Assembly: GCA_965216465.1 (NCBI GenBank)
Contig: CBDCFW010000003.1
Span: 192,001 to 256,000 of the forward strand
Direction of reading: 5' to 3'
Length of the DNA: 64,000 nucleotides
From: Bacteroidia bacterium
GTDB lineage: Bacteria > Bacteroidota > Bacteroidia > NS11-12g > UBA9320
Shown: one piece after another, positions 9,509 to 20,090 of the stretch
How the letters are laid out: each line of letters begins with the position of its first letter
Position numbering within the stretch: the first letter of the stretch is position 1
Program-made: the position numbers and the translations under genes
Notes under the pieces: generated by a model
Seen by the model: the letters and a program-made list of their open reading frames with translations, nothing else
The model's database searches: none
What the model was told of the DNA's origin: nothing

Positions 9509-11440
9509 TTATTCAGCATTTTCGTTGCTGACATCCTCTTGATTTTCAGCAGTTTCTGTGTTTGCTCTCTGAGCAGATCGAATGGCAGACATTTCCATCT
9601 TGAGCTGTGTAATCTGCTTATTAATCTTAGCAATTTTTGCTTCAAAATCTTTAAGCAATTTATCTGCAGTCTTCGATTTGGCAAAGAACGACATATTCGT
9701 TTCAATGCTGGCAATCTCGTTATTGTGAAAACTGATTTTCTTTTTAATGTTTCGAAGTTCAGTATCTAACGCTCGATCACCATTTGGACCATCTTTTAAG
9801 CTTCTGTAGTGCTCTTTTAGGTTTGATGATTTGTGCTGCTTCGATTCTTCCTTGTACTTGTTGTAAATAGCATTAGATGCCTTATCGTAAGCAGTGTTAA
9901 TTCGTTTAACCGCCTTATGCGGCACATATCCTATCGTTTTCCACTCGGTAGATACTTTTTTTAATTCTTCAAAAGACTTCTTGTAGTCCATGTCAGATTT
10001 GAAAATCTCATCAAGTTTAGCGATAAGAGCTTCTTTCGCCTTTAAGTTCTGGTCTTCTTCTTTTCTTTGACCTTCAAATGCTTTGCTACGTGCGTCGAAG
10101 AAAAAGTCACATGCTGCTCTGAATCTTTTCCAGATAGCTTGATTAACCTTGTCTGGTACAGGCCCAACTTTTTTCCATTCGTTCTGAAGTGCAATTATTT
10201 CTTTTGCTGTTTTAGCCCAATCAGTGCTGTCTTTTAAGGCTTCAACCTTTGCACACAGCTCTTCTTTGGCCTTCAAATTAACTTTACGCACAGCATTTAG
10301 CGTTTTAAAATGAGCTTTCCGTTTGGTGTAAAAATCATTTCTTATCCCGTTAAAGTCGATCCATACTTGGTCTTTATTTGACTTAGGTACTGGACCAATT
10401 TTCTTCCAATCTGCAAACAGTTTTTCAAAATCGTCGTAACGCTTTGACCAATCTTTAGCCGTAACTGGATCAACCTGACTAAGCAATTCAGCCTTTTCAA
10501 GCAAAATCTCTTTCTTTTTCAAGTTGTCTATCTTACCAGCTTCAAGTTGCTCGTAAACCTTTCTCTTTTGGTCGTAGATAGCGTCGGAAGCCTTTTTAAA
10601 TGCATTCCAGATGGCTTCTCGGCTTTCTGCAGGAACTGGACCCGCATTTTTGAATTCTTCGTGGTATTTATTTAAAAGGATAAAGCTGCGTTTCAAGGAA
10701 GATTCTTTAGAAATGGCTTCAACCTTTTTGGTCAATTCTATTTTAGTTTCAAGATTTTTTTTACGATCGAGCTCTTTGAGTTCAATATTGATACTGTGAT
10801 TGTCATAGAACTGGTCAAGAAGCATATGAAACCTATCCCAAGTCTTAGAAACCTCTTCTTTGGGAATTACTTTAATCGTTTTCCATTTGCGCTGAATCTC
10901 TTTAACTTGATTAATGCTTTCAGAAGTTTCATCCTGCTTGGTTAACTCTTCAAGTTGTTTCAATAAGTCAAGCTTTTGTTTCAAGTTGGCTTGCTTTTCA
11001 GCTTCAATTCTTTTCTTATCCTCTTCTTGAGCAAGCTTAATCTGCTTAGCTAAGTCATTCAAATGATTTTTAAATTCGTCTTCTTTAAAAGTGAACTCGG
11101 CATCCACATCTTCATTCTCCTGGCGAAAAGCTTTTTCAGCCTCTCGACGAGAATCACGATAGACAACATCAAAAACTCCGCGAATAGCTTTAAGTTGCTT
11201 ACTAGCAGCAGAAGGTGTTAACACAACCACTTTGTTGGCTTCTTCGATTAATTCTTGCATTGATTTACCTTCTAAGGTAGATAAATCAAAAGGTTGTCCT
11301 TCCTCGTGGTCACCAAGAATTGCTTCATGAAGTTCTTCGTTTTTTACTTCCTGCTCTGTAGCCGCTTTAACAGCTTGAGAATCTTGAGTGTTCTGCACTT
11401 CGACACTTTCTAATGTAGAATTGTCTAATTCGTCGTTCAT
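9509..11440 (-). CDS. DUF349 domain protein
   Basis: Repeated W+xIGPVP....W..F units; probable start ATG 11440. Confidence 0.88.
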   Translation of the reverse strand: MNDELDNSTLESVEVQNTQDSQAVKAATEQEVKNEELHEAILGDHEEGQPFDLSTLEGKSMQELIEEANKVVVLTPSAASKQLKAIRGVFDVVYRDSRREAEKAFRQENEDVDAEFTFKEDEFKNHLNDLAKQIKLAQEEDKKRIEAEKQANLKQKLDLLKQLEELTKQDETSESINQVKEIQRKWKTIKVIPKEEVSKTWDRFHMLLDQFYDNHSINIELKELDRKKNLETKIELTKKVEAISKESSLKRSFILLNKYHEEFKNAGPVPAESREAIWNAFKKASDAIYDQKRKVYEQLEAGKIDNLKKKEILLEKAELLSQVDPVTAKDWSKRYDDFEKLFADWKKIGPVPKSNKDQVWIDFNGIRNDFYTKRKAHFKTLNAVRKVNLKAKEELCAKVEALKDSTDWAKTAKEIIALQNEWKKVGPVPDKVNQAIWKRFRAACDFFFDARSKAFEGQRKEEDQNLKAKEALIAKLDEIFKSDMDYKKSFEELKKVSTEWKTIGYVPHKAVKRINTAYDKASNAIYNKYKEESKQHKSSNLKEHYRSLKDGPNGDRALDTELRNIKKKISFHNNEIASIETNMSFFAKSKTADKLLKDFEAKIAKINKQITQLKMEMSAIRSAQRANTETAENQEDVSNENAE

Positions 11441-11484
11441 TTGATTGATAAAAAAGACTGCAAAAATGGTATTTTTGAGCCGAA

Positions 11485-12357
11485 ATGCCAACTATTAAAG
11501 CACATGGTGAAGTCAAGATTATAGAATGTCCTCGCGACGCAATGCAAGGAATCTTGGATTTTATTCCAACTCAAGACAAGATTGACTATATGAATGCTTT
11601 GTTGAAGGTCGGATTTCATACCATCGACTGCGGTAGTTTTGTGTCACCAAAGGCCATTCCTCAGATGCAAGATACACGCCAGGTACTTGAAAAAATAAAC
11701 TTGGAAGAAAGCAACTCTAAGCTGTCTGTAATTGTGGCAAACGAGCGAGGAGCAAACGATGCTGTTCAGTACGATCAAGTTGACTTCCTGGGTTATCCTT
11801 TTTCGATTTCCGAAACGTTTCAACGCAGAAACACAAACAAAAGCATCGAAGAGTCATTAGACTTGGTTAAAAGCATGCATCATTTGTCTGAAGAGCATGG
11901 TAAAGAGTTGGTCGTTTATATCTCTATGGGCTTTGGAAATCCTTACCAAGAAGAATGGAGTGCTGATCTCGTAGGAGAGTGGGTTGATAAAATTCAGCGC
12001 ATGGGAGTGAAGTACTTCTCGATATCTGATACTGTAGGTGTATCTAATGCGGAAAGCATTTCTGCAGTGTATTCTCTTTTGTTCAGTAGTTTTAAGGATG
12101 CTGAGTTTGGAGCTCATTTTCATACAACTCCTCACGAATGGGAAGAGAAAGTTGACGCAGCTTACAAACACGGTTGCTTGCGATTTGATGGTGCAATTAA
12201 AGGTTATGGGGGATGTCCGATGGCCAAAGACGATTTAGTCGGGAATATGCCAACTGAACGATTGATTGATTACTTCGGTCTAGAAGCACTTAAACTAAAA
12301 AAGGCTCCATTTAATGAAGCCTTTTTGTTAGCAGATAAAATATTTTCTAAATATTAG
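11485..12357 (+). CDS. Hydroxymethylglutaryl-CoA lyase
   Basis: ECPRDAMQ, SFVSPKAIPQM, HFH and GGCPMA motifs. Confidence 0.9.
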   Translation: MPTIKAHGEVKIIECPRDAMQGILDFIPTQDKIDYMNALLKVGFHTIDCGSFVSPKAIPQMQDTRQVLEKINLEESNSKLSVIVANERGANDAVQYDQVDFLGYPFSISETFQRRNTNKSIEESLDLVKSMHHLSEEHGKELVVYISMGFGNPYQEEWSADLVGEWVDKIQRMGVKYFSISDTVGVSNAESISAVYSLLFSSFKDAEFGAHFHTTPHEWEEKVDAAYKHGCLRFDGAIKGYGGCPMAKDDLVGNMPTERLIDYFGLEALKLKKAPFNEAFLLADKIFSKY

Positions 12358-14015
12358 TGTGTAACTATTAATTTCTTAGCAAAACTTACATCTTGATTAA
12401 CAACGGTAATAAAATAAGTACCATTGCTTAGCTCTGCAGTATTAATTCTTTCTAAACCAGTTAGGTTATTAATTAGCTGGCCATCAGAACCGTAAAGCTT
12501 CACACTTGTTTGTGGTGTTCTTAAACTTGCATCAAGATCAATATTCACAAATTCGTTTGCAGGATTAGGATACAATTGCACCAAGTTACTGCCCACATAG
12601 CGCTCAATACTTCCTGTGGTTGAAACACTAAAATATGCTTCAACTGCTTTGGTGTCTGTGCCGTATTCGTTAGTAATGGTTAATGAAACCTCGTAGAATC
12701 CAGTAACATCAAAACTAACTTCTAATGTTTCGCTTGTTAAGTCACCTGTGTGGTTTTGGTAAGTCGTTTTATCAATCGCCCAAGTTCTTGAACTTGCTTC
12801 TTCACCGCTTGAAATGTCAGTTAACGTAACTTTCTCATCAACAATCACATTTCTTTTAGGTGCTGAAAAGTCAGCAACAGGAGCAAGGCTGTTAATTACC
12901 ACCTTGCGAATTACACTACTCGCAACCGCGTCACTGTTTTCACTTACGTAAAGATTACCAAATCCATCTGTAGTAATATCACTGATTTGAGTGAAAGATG
13001 CATTAGCACCTGTTCCGTCTTCTATTTTATAGTTCAGCTTGTTTCCTGCGAAAGTAGAAACCGAGTTATTTGCAATGTCGATGGCACGAATAGTATTTTC
13101 ATCTCCTACGTAAATAATACCGTTTACCACAACAACACCTTTAGGAGCAACGAAACGAGCTTGAGTAAGCGTTCCGTCTACTTGACGAGCATCCGAGCCA
13201 GTAGTTGGACCTGCAATGGTAGTGGTAGCACCTGAATAGATATTTACTTTTCTGATGTTTGTATTCCATTGATCGGTTACTACAACGTGATTGTCATCTA
13301 ACATAGCAATACCCCAAGGGCCACCAAATCTAGCACTTGAGCCAGTTGAATTGTCAGCAGTACCTTCAACTCCAGCAGATCCGGCAATTGTTGTTACCAC
13401 TCCTGAAGAAGTGATTTTACGAATTGTAAAGTTTAAGTAGTCAGTAACAATGAAGTTTCCATCTGGGTCGATAGTAATTCCTGTTGGTTGATTAAATTTT
13501 GCAGCCGTTCCGGTTCCATTTGAGCTTCCTGAGGTACCATATCCTGGCAAACCAGCTGTTGGATTAGCTCCAGCGAAAGTAGAAACGCTTGCACCAGTAC
13601 CTTGATTTACAAATTTTGAAATCTTACGAATACAATGATTCTCACGGTCACAAACGTAAATGTTTCCATCGCCGTCTGACACCATGCCGTGTGGTTGTCT
13701 TAATGTAGATTGCGTTCCTGTTCCGTTCTTGTAGCCTTCTGATAATGTGGGAGATGCAAGTGCACCTGCACGATTATATGTTTTGCTGTTATGTACAATT
13801 CTCACTTTGTTTCTTTCCGAGATGTACATTTTTCCATTGGCATCAAAGCACAAGCCTTCAGGCTGGGCGAAGTAGGTTGATAACAAGTCAACTCCACTGG
13901 CCAATTCATAATTGCTTACTGGGTCGCCATTCGCCTTTCCTGCATAGGTTGTTACAGTTTGGGAATGAGCAAAAAGAGCACATAGCGTAAATGTGACTAG
14001 TAGTATATTTTTCAT
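12354..14015 (-). CDS. NHL-repeat beta-propeller + PKD protein with T9SS C-terminal domain
   Basis: Repeated (A)xFxxPxG NHL units, PVADF PKD domain, YPNPA...KKLIV CTD; start ATG 14015 with signal peptide. Confidence 0.85.
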   Translation of the reverse strand: MKNILLVTFTLCALFAHSQTVTTYAGKANGDPVSNYELASGVDLLSTYFAQPEGLCFDANGKMYISERNKVRIVHNSKTYNRAGALASPTLSEGYKNGTGTQSTLRQPHGMVSDGDGNIYVCDRENHCIRKISKFVNQGTGASVSTFAGANPTAGLPGYGTSGSSNGTGTAAKFNQPTGITIDPDGNFIVTDYLNFTIRKITSSGVVTTIAGSAGVEGTADNSTGSSARFGGPWGIAMLDDNHVVVTDQWNTNIRKVNIYSGATTTIAGPTTGSDARQVDGTLTQARFVAPKGVVVVNGIIYVGDENTIRAIDIANNSVSTFAGNKLNYKIEDGTGANASFTQISDITTDGFGNLYVSENSDAVASSVIRKVVINSLAPVADFSAPKRNVIVDEKVTLTDISSGEEASSRTWAIDKTTYQNHTGDLTSETLEVSFDVTGFYEVSLTITNEYGTDTKAVEAYFSVSTTGSIERYVGSNLVQLYPNPANEFVNIDLDASLRTPQTSVKLYGSDGQLINNLTGLERINTAELSNGTYFITVVNQDVSFAKKLIVTH

Positions 14016-14037
14016 GTAAAGTATAGTTTGAAATAAG

Positions 14038-14997
14038 TTATGCGTTCGCAATATACGCATTTACAGAAGATTCAATATCTGATGTGATATTTGAATAGTC
14101 TCTTTTATTGAACTTATCTCCAGTAATTGACTCGAATAATTCGATGTATCTGTCTGATACACTGTTAACAAATTCATTGGTCATTTGCGGGATAAGTTGA
14201 CCTTCTAGGCCTTGAAATCCGTTTTCAATCAACCATTGACGAACAAACTCTTTTGAGAGTTGACGTTGCTTGCCACCCTCTTTTTGAATTTGCTCATAGG
14301 TGTCAGCATAGAAATAGCGTGATGAATCAGGGGTATGAATCTCATCAATCAACATGATTTGATCATCTCTTTTCCCAAATTCGTATTTAGTGTCAACTAA
14401 AATTAAGCCTTGTTTTTGAGCATGCTGTGTGCCATGTTCAAACAACGCAAAAGCATAGGCTTTAAGTTGAGCAAGCTCTTTTTTGCGGATAAGCTTTTGT
14501 TTCACAATTTCTTCTTCTGAAATATCTTCGTCATGTCCGCTAGAAGCTTTAGTGGTAGGCGTTAAGATAGGCTCTGGAAGCTTGTCATTTTCTTTTAATC
14601 CATTAGGAAGTTCAACGCCACAAAGCGTTCTCTTACCTGACTTATACTCACGCCAAGCATGACCTGCTAAGTAACCTCTAACTACAAACTCTACAGGATA
14701 AGGTTCACATCTTAATCCAGCAGTTACATGCGGATCGGGTTCTCCTTGTTTCCAATTAGCCACTATATGTTTGGTGTCATCTAAGAATTTAGATGCTATT
14801 TGATTTAAAACTTGCCCTTTGTAAGGGATTGATCTTGGTAAAACGTGGTCGAAAGCCGAAATTCGGTCACTAGCAACCAGCACTAAGATGTCTTCTCCTA
14901 TTGAATACACATCTCTTACCTTTCCTCTTGCGAAATCTACCTGATTCTTGAAGAAATAATTGGTAGATACTAACGCTTCTTGTTCCATTGCACTCAT
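14038..14997 (-). CDS. purC: SAICAR synthase
   Basis: GKVRDVY, SDRISAFD, DTKYEFG and DEIHTPDSSR motifs. Confidence 0.96.
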   Translation of the reverse strand: MSAMEQEALVSTNYFFKNQVDFARGKVRDVYSIGEDILVLVASDRISAFDHVLPRSIPYKGQVLNQIASKFLDDTKHIVANWKQGEPDPHVTAGLRCEPYPVEFVVRGYLAGHAWREYKSGKRTLCGVELPNGLKENDKLPEPILTPTTKASSGHDEDISEEEIVKQKLIRKKELAQLKAYAFALFEHGTQHAQKQGLILVDTKYEFGKRDDQIMLIDEIHTPDSSRYFYADTYEQIQKEGGKQRQLSKEFVRQWLIENGFQGLEGQLIPQMTNEFVNSVSDRYIELFESITGDKFNKRDYSNITSDIESSVNAYIANA

Positions 14998-15053
14998 ATC
15001 GAATTCAATATCAAAAATATAGATTTTTAGTAGTTACACTAAATAATAGCTTA

Positions 15054-16061
15054 TTACTTTAGATTGTTTAAGAATTGCATTGTGTCTACATTGTCTGCAA
15101 AGTCTTGAAGGTCAGGATTTTGAGCTTCCCCAAAAGCTACCTTAGCAAGGTCAGAATAGTTTCCCACAACGCATTGAATGTTTTCCGTTTCTTTGGCAAT
15201 AAATGCATCAATCTCAGACAAATTATTGTAATAGCGATAGTGTAAGCAGGCCAAAGGAGCATTCAGTTCTTCACGTTCTTTTGCCAACGCAAATCCGGCA
15301 TCAAGATGTTGCTCGTTATTCATCAGAAGCAAGGCTTTATGATAGGTGTAATTATTAGCAAATTTGTTATGATTTGCGAGGTCAATATACTTCATAAATT
15401 GGTCAAGAATCAAGGAGATATTCATCGATTTTGGAAGAAGGATATAGCTTACATTTCGACAACCTAGACCAAAGTACTGAAATACATCGTCTGCTAGTTT
15501 ACTAAGGTCTTCCTCATTTTCATCACCTGTCAATACAGCGATAGACTTTCTGTTTTTACGCAGCAAACTTGGAATGGACTTAAAGTAGTACTCAAAATAT
15601 CTGAATGTATTGTTGGAGCCCGTGGCTATTACCGCATCTATGTCAGTTAGCTTTTCAACCAGTTTGATTCGTTTGCCGAGTTCTTCATTTTCTTCTCCAA
15701 GCATTTTAATAACCAAGCCAATAACGTACTTGTCATCAGACGAAGGTTTAACCAGTGCATTATTACCACTCAGAAGAACGCAAAGTACGTCATGAAACCC
15801 AACCAATGGAATGTTGCCAGCCATAATAATTCCAACATCTTTTGGCTCCGTTGAGAATGAGTATTTTCCGCTAAAATTGGTTAAATTTTCTGTTGTAAGC
15901 GCTTGTTTCCAGTAGTTAATCGCTTGCCAATAGTTCTCTTTGGTAAGCCAGTTGTTGTTTACATAAGTCTTGTTAACCTGAGCACTGAGTACTTCGTTAG
16001 ATTCAGATAATGAGTTGCTTACATTAACAAATGCACGTATTATGTCGACTTGGTTCAGCAT
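15054..16061 (-). CDS. Acyl-CoA reductase (LuxC-like)
   Basis: AGNIPLVGFHD, IATGS and YFGLGCRNV motifs; probable start ATG 16061. Confidence 0.85.
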   Translation of the reverse strand: MLNQVDIIRAFVNVSNSLSESNEVLSAQVNKTYVNNNWLTKENYWQAINYWKQALTTENLTNFSGKYSFSTEPKDVGIIMAGNIPLVGFHDVLCVLLSGNNALVKPSSDDKYVIGLVIKMLGEENEELGKRIKLVEKLTDIDAVIATGSNNTFRYFEYYFKSIPSLLRKNRKSIAVLTGDENEEDLSKLADDVFQYFGLGCRNVSYILLPKSMNISLILDQFMKYIDLANHNKFANNYTYHKALLLMNNEQHLDAGFALAKEREELNAPLACLHYRYYNNLSEIDAFIAKETENIQCVVGNYSDLAKVAFGEAQNPDLQDFADNVDTMQFLNNLK

Positions 16062-16147
16062 AATTTGTGGCAAAGGTGGCATAATCTTTACAACTTGTTA
16101 AGACTTCTATGACAAATTTTTCATCTTAAACACTGAACTTGTAGCCC

Positions 16148-16621
16148 ATGTCATGGAGAAAACTAGAAGGGGAGCTACTTAATGGTGAGATTTTAGACGA
16201 AGTTAAGAGGGCTCTGCAAAAAGAAAAAAAGGATGGTAACAGAATCAAGGTTTGTATTGGTTCAGACTCTCAAGTAAAAGGTGAGATTACCGAATTTGCC
16301 ACTGCCATTGTGTTTCTGCGCGAAGGCAAGGGTGGATTTGTTTTTGTGAAGAAGTATGTTTCGGAACAAGAATTTACCATCAAACAACGTATGATACAAG
16401 AAGTGTCAGACTCGGTACAATTTGCCTACAAGGTTTGCCCTGTTCTTGATCAATTTGATGTTGAATTAGAGGTTCATGCCGATATTAATACCGATCCAAA
16501 CTTTAAGTCGAACGTGGCCTTTAAAGAGGCCATGGGGTATATTTTAGGTATGGGTTACACCTTTAAAGCAAAGCCGGAAGCTTTTGCCAGTTCATACTGT
16601 GCGGGTAGGGTAGTGAGTTAG
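16148..16621 (+). CDS. RNase H-like YkuK family protein
   Basis: IGSDSQ, EVHADIN and KPEAFASSYCA motifs. Confidence 0.8.
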   Translation: MSWRKLEGELLNGEILDEVKRALQKEKKDGNRIKVCIGSDSQVKGEITEFATAIVFLREGKGGFVFVKKYVSEQEFTIKQRMIQEVSDSVQFAYKVCPVLDQFDVELEVHADINTDPNFKSNVAFKEAMGYILGMGYTFKAKPEAFASSYCAGRVVS

Positions 16622-16702
16622 GGAACAAACATAGTAGCTAGAATTAGGAACAGCTTGATTCTTGAACTCTATCATTTTGGCCTTATTAAGTATTTTTGAA
16701 AG

Positions 16703-17161
16703 ATGAAGTCTTCTTTGCTATTCGTCTTGTTGTTCTCGTTTTTTACTACCGTAGGTCAAGTGAACAGCAATCATCCAGATTCGGATGAGGTTGCTGATAC
16801 GGTTGAAGCAGAGTATTTATATCCTCAATCTTATATCTTTAGGCCACATAATGTGGATAAAAAAGCAGAATTTCAAGGAGGCGAAGACAGTCTTAGATAC
16901 TTCATCAATAAGCATGTGGAATATCCCAAAGAGGCTATTGAAAAAGGCTTGTATGAGACTATACAATATAACTTTGTGGTTAATCAAGATGGTACGGTTA
17001 CCAATATTAGACCAGCGTTCAGGGTGGAATATCATCCATTTGCACTAAAAGCAGAAGAGGTTATACAGAAGACAAGCGGAATGTGGATGCCAGCAGAAAA
17101 AGACGGTAGAAAGGTGCGTATGCACTGCACAACAACAGTGAGCTTTTATAAGCTGCGATAA
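16703..17161 (+). CDS. TonB C-terminal domain protein, paralog 1
   Basis: F.GG....YP..A...FVV..DG...W.PA pattern. Confidence 0.8.
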   Translation: MKSSLLFVLLFSFFTTVGQVNSNHPDSDEVADTVEAEYLYPQSYIFRPHNVDKKAEFQGGEDSLRYFINKHVEYPKEAIEKGLYETIQYNFVVNQDGTVTNIRPAFRVEYHPFALKAEEVIQKTSGMWMPAEKDGRKVRMHCTTTVSFYKLR

Positions 17162-17255
17162 AAGAATCGGGTAAGCCCCGACTATTTATCTTGAGAAATA
17201 CTCATTCTATCCGAGAGTGAGTTGACAAGGTCAATATTTAGTCTATTTTTGATTC

Positions 17256-17702
17256 ATGAAGTATACGCTGCTAATATTTTGCATGTTCATGTTTTTCCTT
17301 CCTCAAGCACAAGTCGTTGAACCTGATTTTGGTAATGATGTTGAAATAGAAGAAGAAATTCCTGAAGAAACCGATGAAGTTTTTGAATGGTATCAAGTAC
17401 AAGAAAAAGCTCAATTTAAAGGAGGTGAAGACAGCTTGTTTAGATACATCGCTAAAAATATTAGATATCCTCAACACGCCATAGATGTGGGCTTGAGTGC
17501 AACAGTAATAATTCAGTTTGTAGTTAATCAAGATGGCTCGGTTTCTGATTTAAAATCAATACGGCCTGTGGATTTTGCTCCTTTTGAGGAAGAGGCCATT
17601 CGCGTGATGAAAACAACCAGTGGCATGTGGACTCCAGCAAAACAACGCGACCAACCAACGCGAATGAGAATGATGATTCCCATTCGATTTGCATTGAAAT
17701 AA
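17256..17702 (+). CDS. TonB C-terminal domain protein, paralog 2
   Basis: FKGGEDSL..YP..A..FVVNQDG..WTPAKQ..PIRF pattern. Confidence 0.85.
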   Translation: MKYTLLIFCMFMFFLPQAQVVEPDFGNDVEIEEEIPEETDEVFEWYQVQEKAQFKGGEDSLFRYIAKNIRYPQHAIDVGLSATVIIQFVVNQDGSVSDLKSIRPVDFAPFEEEAIRVMKTTSGMWTPAKQRDQPTRMRMMIPIRFALK

Positions 17703-18113
17703 ATGGCACGAATTTTAGCTCTTGATTATGGTGCACGCCGTACAGGCATTGCAACAACAGACCCCCTTCAAATCATTGCATCTCCATTGCTAACGGTCGA
17801 GACTCAACATTTGATGGAGTATCTAGAGAATTATATAGCAACAGAAGAAGTGAGTGATATGGTTGTTGGTCAACCTACTCGCCATGATGGAAGCTTTTCT
17901 CCAATAGAAGAGAAAATAGTCGAATTTATTAGCAAGTTTAAAGCACGTTTTCCGACCGTGACGATTCACCGAATTAACGAAATGTACTCGTCTAAGGATG
18001 CTATGCAGGCTCTGATTAAAAGCGGCGTAAAGAAAAAAGCTAGAAGAGATAAGAAATTATTGGATAGCACTGCTGCTACCTTACTTTTGCAGGAGTTTTT
18101 ATACGAGCAATGA
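17703..18113 (+). CDS. ruvX: YqgF/RuvX family nuclease
   Basis: ILALDYG..RTGIA.TDP, NEMYSS and DSTAA motifs. Confidence 0.93.
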   Translation: MARILALDYGARRTGIATTDPLQIIASPLLTVETQHLMEYLENYIATEEVSDMVVGQPTRHDGSFSPIEEKIVEFISKFKARFPTVTIHRINEMYSSKDAMQALIKSGVKKKARRDKKLLDSTAATLLLQEFLYEQ

Positions 18114-18667
18114 TATATCCTATTAGAGCCTACGGCGATCCTGTTTTACGAAAAGAATGCGATGAGATAGAGGAGTTTAACGATGAACTTAATCAGCTCA
18201 TTGATGATATGTTTCAGACCATGGACGCAAGTGATGGAGTAGGTTTAGCTGCTCCTCAAATTGGTAAAAATCTTAGACTTTTTGTGATTGATTCTACCTT
18301 GTTCGATCAAGAAGATGAAAATGAGGGTATTCGTGAAGTTTTTGTTAATCCAATTATTCTGGAAGAAACAGGCAAAGAATGGGCTTTTGAAGAAGGCTGC
18401 CTGAGCATTCCTGATATTCGTGAAGATGTTAGCAGACCACCTCGGGTTGAAATGGAGTATCAAACCCGTGATGGCGAGTTAAAGACAACCGTGTTTGAAG
18501 GAATGACGGCCAGGGTAATTCAACACGAATACGATCATATTGAAGGAGTCTTATTTATCGACCATATTTCTGCATTTAAACGCCAATTGCTAAAAGGAAA
18601 GCTTTCGAACATTACCAAAGGAAAAGTTAATGTTCGCTATCGAATGAAATTTCCAAAACGGAAATAA
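18110..18667 (+). CDS. def: Peptide deformylase
   Basis: GVGLAAPQ, EGCLS and QHEYDH motifs. Confidence 0.97.
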   Translation: MIYPIRAYGDPVLRKECDEIEEFNDELNQLIDDMFQTMDASDGVGLAAPQIGKNLRLFVIDSTLFDQEDENEGIREVFVNPIILEETGKEWAFEEGCLSIPDIREDVSRPPRVEMEYQTRDGELKTTVFEGMTARVIQHEYDHIEGVLFIDHISAFKRQLLKGKLSNITKGKVNVRYRMKFPKRK

Positions 18668-19524
18668 TGGGAGGCTATCTTAAAATTTATCGACCATTAA
18701 ATTTAATATTTATTGCTGTTGCTCAGCTACTTGCGGGGTATTATCTCAATTTTCAAGCAGACGTTGAAGTATTACTTAAAGGCCATCACCATTGGTTTGT
18801 TATAGGCACTATGGCGTGTGCAGCCTTTGGTTATTGGATTAATGATTTTTTTGATCAAAGGAGAGACCAAATAAACCAAAAAAAGAACCGGTTCATCGCT
18901 TCACTGAATCCGAATGTGGTTTATATTCATCTATTAGCTTTTGTATCTATTGCGTTATATGCCGGTAATCAGCTCACCCTGTGGTTCTCTTTGCTATTCT
19001 TGTTAACCTTGATTTCATTGGCAGTTTATGCCATCTTTCTTAAGAACATTGCAGGGCTAGGCAATTTACTCATCGCTGCATTGTGCTTTATTAGCATTTA
19101 TGCAATCTCAGAACTGTTTATCGATATTGACCGGCTGCTTGTAATTCATTTTTCCGCTTTGGCGGGAATGATTACACTTGCCCGTGAAATTGTTAAAGAC
19201 TGTGAAGATGTAGAAGGAGATCGAGAAACTCGAGCTAAAACAGTGCCAGTGCTCTTAGGACTGCGAAACAGTAATCTCTTGGTTTATGTTGTTGTTCTAT
19301 TCACCATGTCTTTCTTGATAATCTCATTGTATTATCAAAGCCAATTCTTAACAAAACCACTAATGGTTCTGTACTATACATACTATTTCCTGTTTGTAGC
19401 TATACCGCTTTATATGGTTGCTATAAACGTTCGAGTAGCCACTAAAAAAGAACAATATGCTTATTTTAGCCATCTGTTAAAGTATGCCATGTTTACTGGA
19501 ATACTTTCCATTCTATTCTTTTAA
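18667..19524 (+). CDS. UbiA-family prenyltransferase (DGGGP synthase-like)
   Basis: NDFFD...D.IN and REIVKDCEDVEGD motifs, multiple TM helices. Confidence 0.85.
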   Translation: MGGYLKIYRPLNLIFIAVAQLLAGYYLNFQADVEVLLKGHHHWFVIGTMACAAFGYWINDFFDQRRDQINQKKNRFIASLNPNVVYIHLLAFVSIALYAGNQLTLWFSLLFLLTLISLAVYAIFLKNIAGLGNLLIAALCFISIYAISELFIDIDRLLVIHFSALAGMITLAREIVKDCEDVEGDRETRAKTVPVLLGLRNSNLLVYVVVLFTMSFLIISLYYQSQFLTKPLMVLYYTYYFLFVAIPLYMVAINVRVATKKEQYAYFSHLLKYAMFTGILSILFF

Positions 19525-20090
19525 TGAATATTTTACTAGGATCTAAATCTCCGCGAAGGAATGAACTGCTCGCTCAAATGGGAGTGGACTTTGTTAATGT
19601 GTCTATCGATACCGATGAAAGCTTTGATCTTCAAATGTCGGTTTATGACGTAGCCGAATTCTTGGCACAAAAAAAATCACAAGCATATAATGTGAAGTCA
19701 GAAGATTTGTTAATCACGGCAGATACTGTAGTAATAGCCAATTCAACCATACTTAACAAACCTTCAAGTGAACACGAGGCGACTGTTATGCTAAATATGC
19801 TATCTGGTAAAACCCATCAGGTAGTTACAGGTGTTTGCTTAAGAACCAAAGAGAAGACTATGAGCTTTAGTGAGAAGACGGATGTTTGTGTAGAAGAATT
19901 AAGTGCTAAAGAAATAGCTCACTACATTAAACGGTATAAACCCTTCGATAAAGCTGGAAGTTATGGCATTCAAGAGTGGTTTGGTATGAACAAAATCTCA
20001 GGTATAAATGGCTGCTATTACAATGTAGTGGGATTGCCGTGCAGTGCATTATATAAGCGTTTAAAAGATGGTTATGGAGTGGAGATTTAG
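19524..20090 (+). CDS. maf: Maf family nucleoside triphosphate pyrophosphatase
   Basis: SKSPRR, ADTVV, DKAGSYGIQ and NVVGLP motifs. Confidence 0.95.
   Translation: MNILLGSKSPRRNELLAQMGVDFVNVSIDTDESFDLQMSVYDVAEFLAQKKSQAYNVKSEDLLITADTVVIANSTILNKPSSEHEATVMLNMLSGKTHQVVTGVCLRTKEKTMSFSEKTDVCVEELSAKEIAHYIKRYKPFDKAGSYGIQEWFGMNKISGINGCYYNVVGLPCSALYKRLKDGYGVEI

Noticed and set aside
15054-16061. Bioluminescence (lux) locus
   Set aside because: Only a LuxC-like reductase, with no luxA/B/D/E; stand-alone homologues are usual in Bacteroidota
18667-19524. Archaeal-type ether lipid pathway
   Set aside because: DGGGP-synthase-like UbiA proteins are widespread in Bacteroidota and no other pathway gene is present in the window
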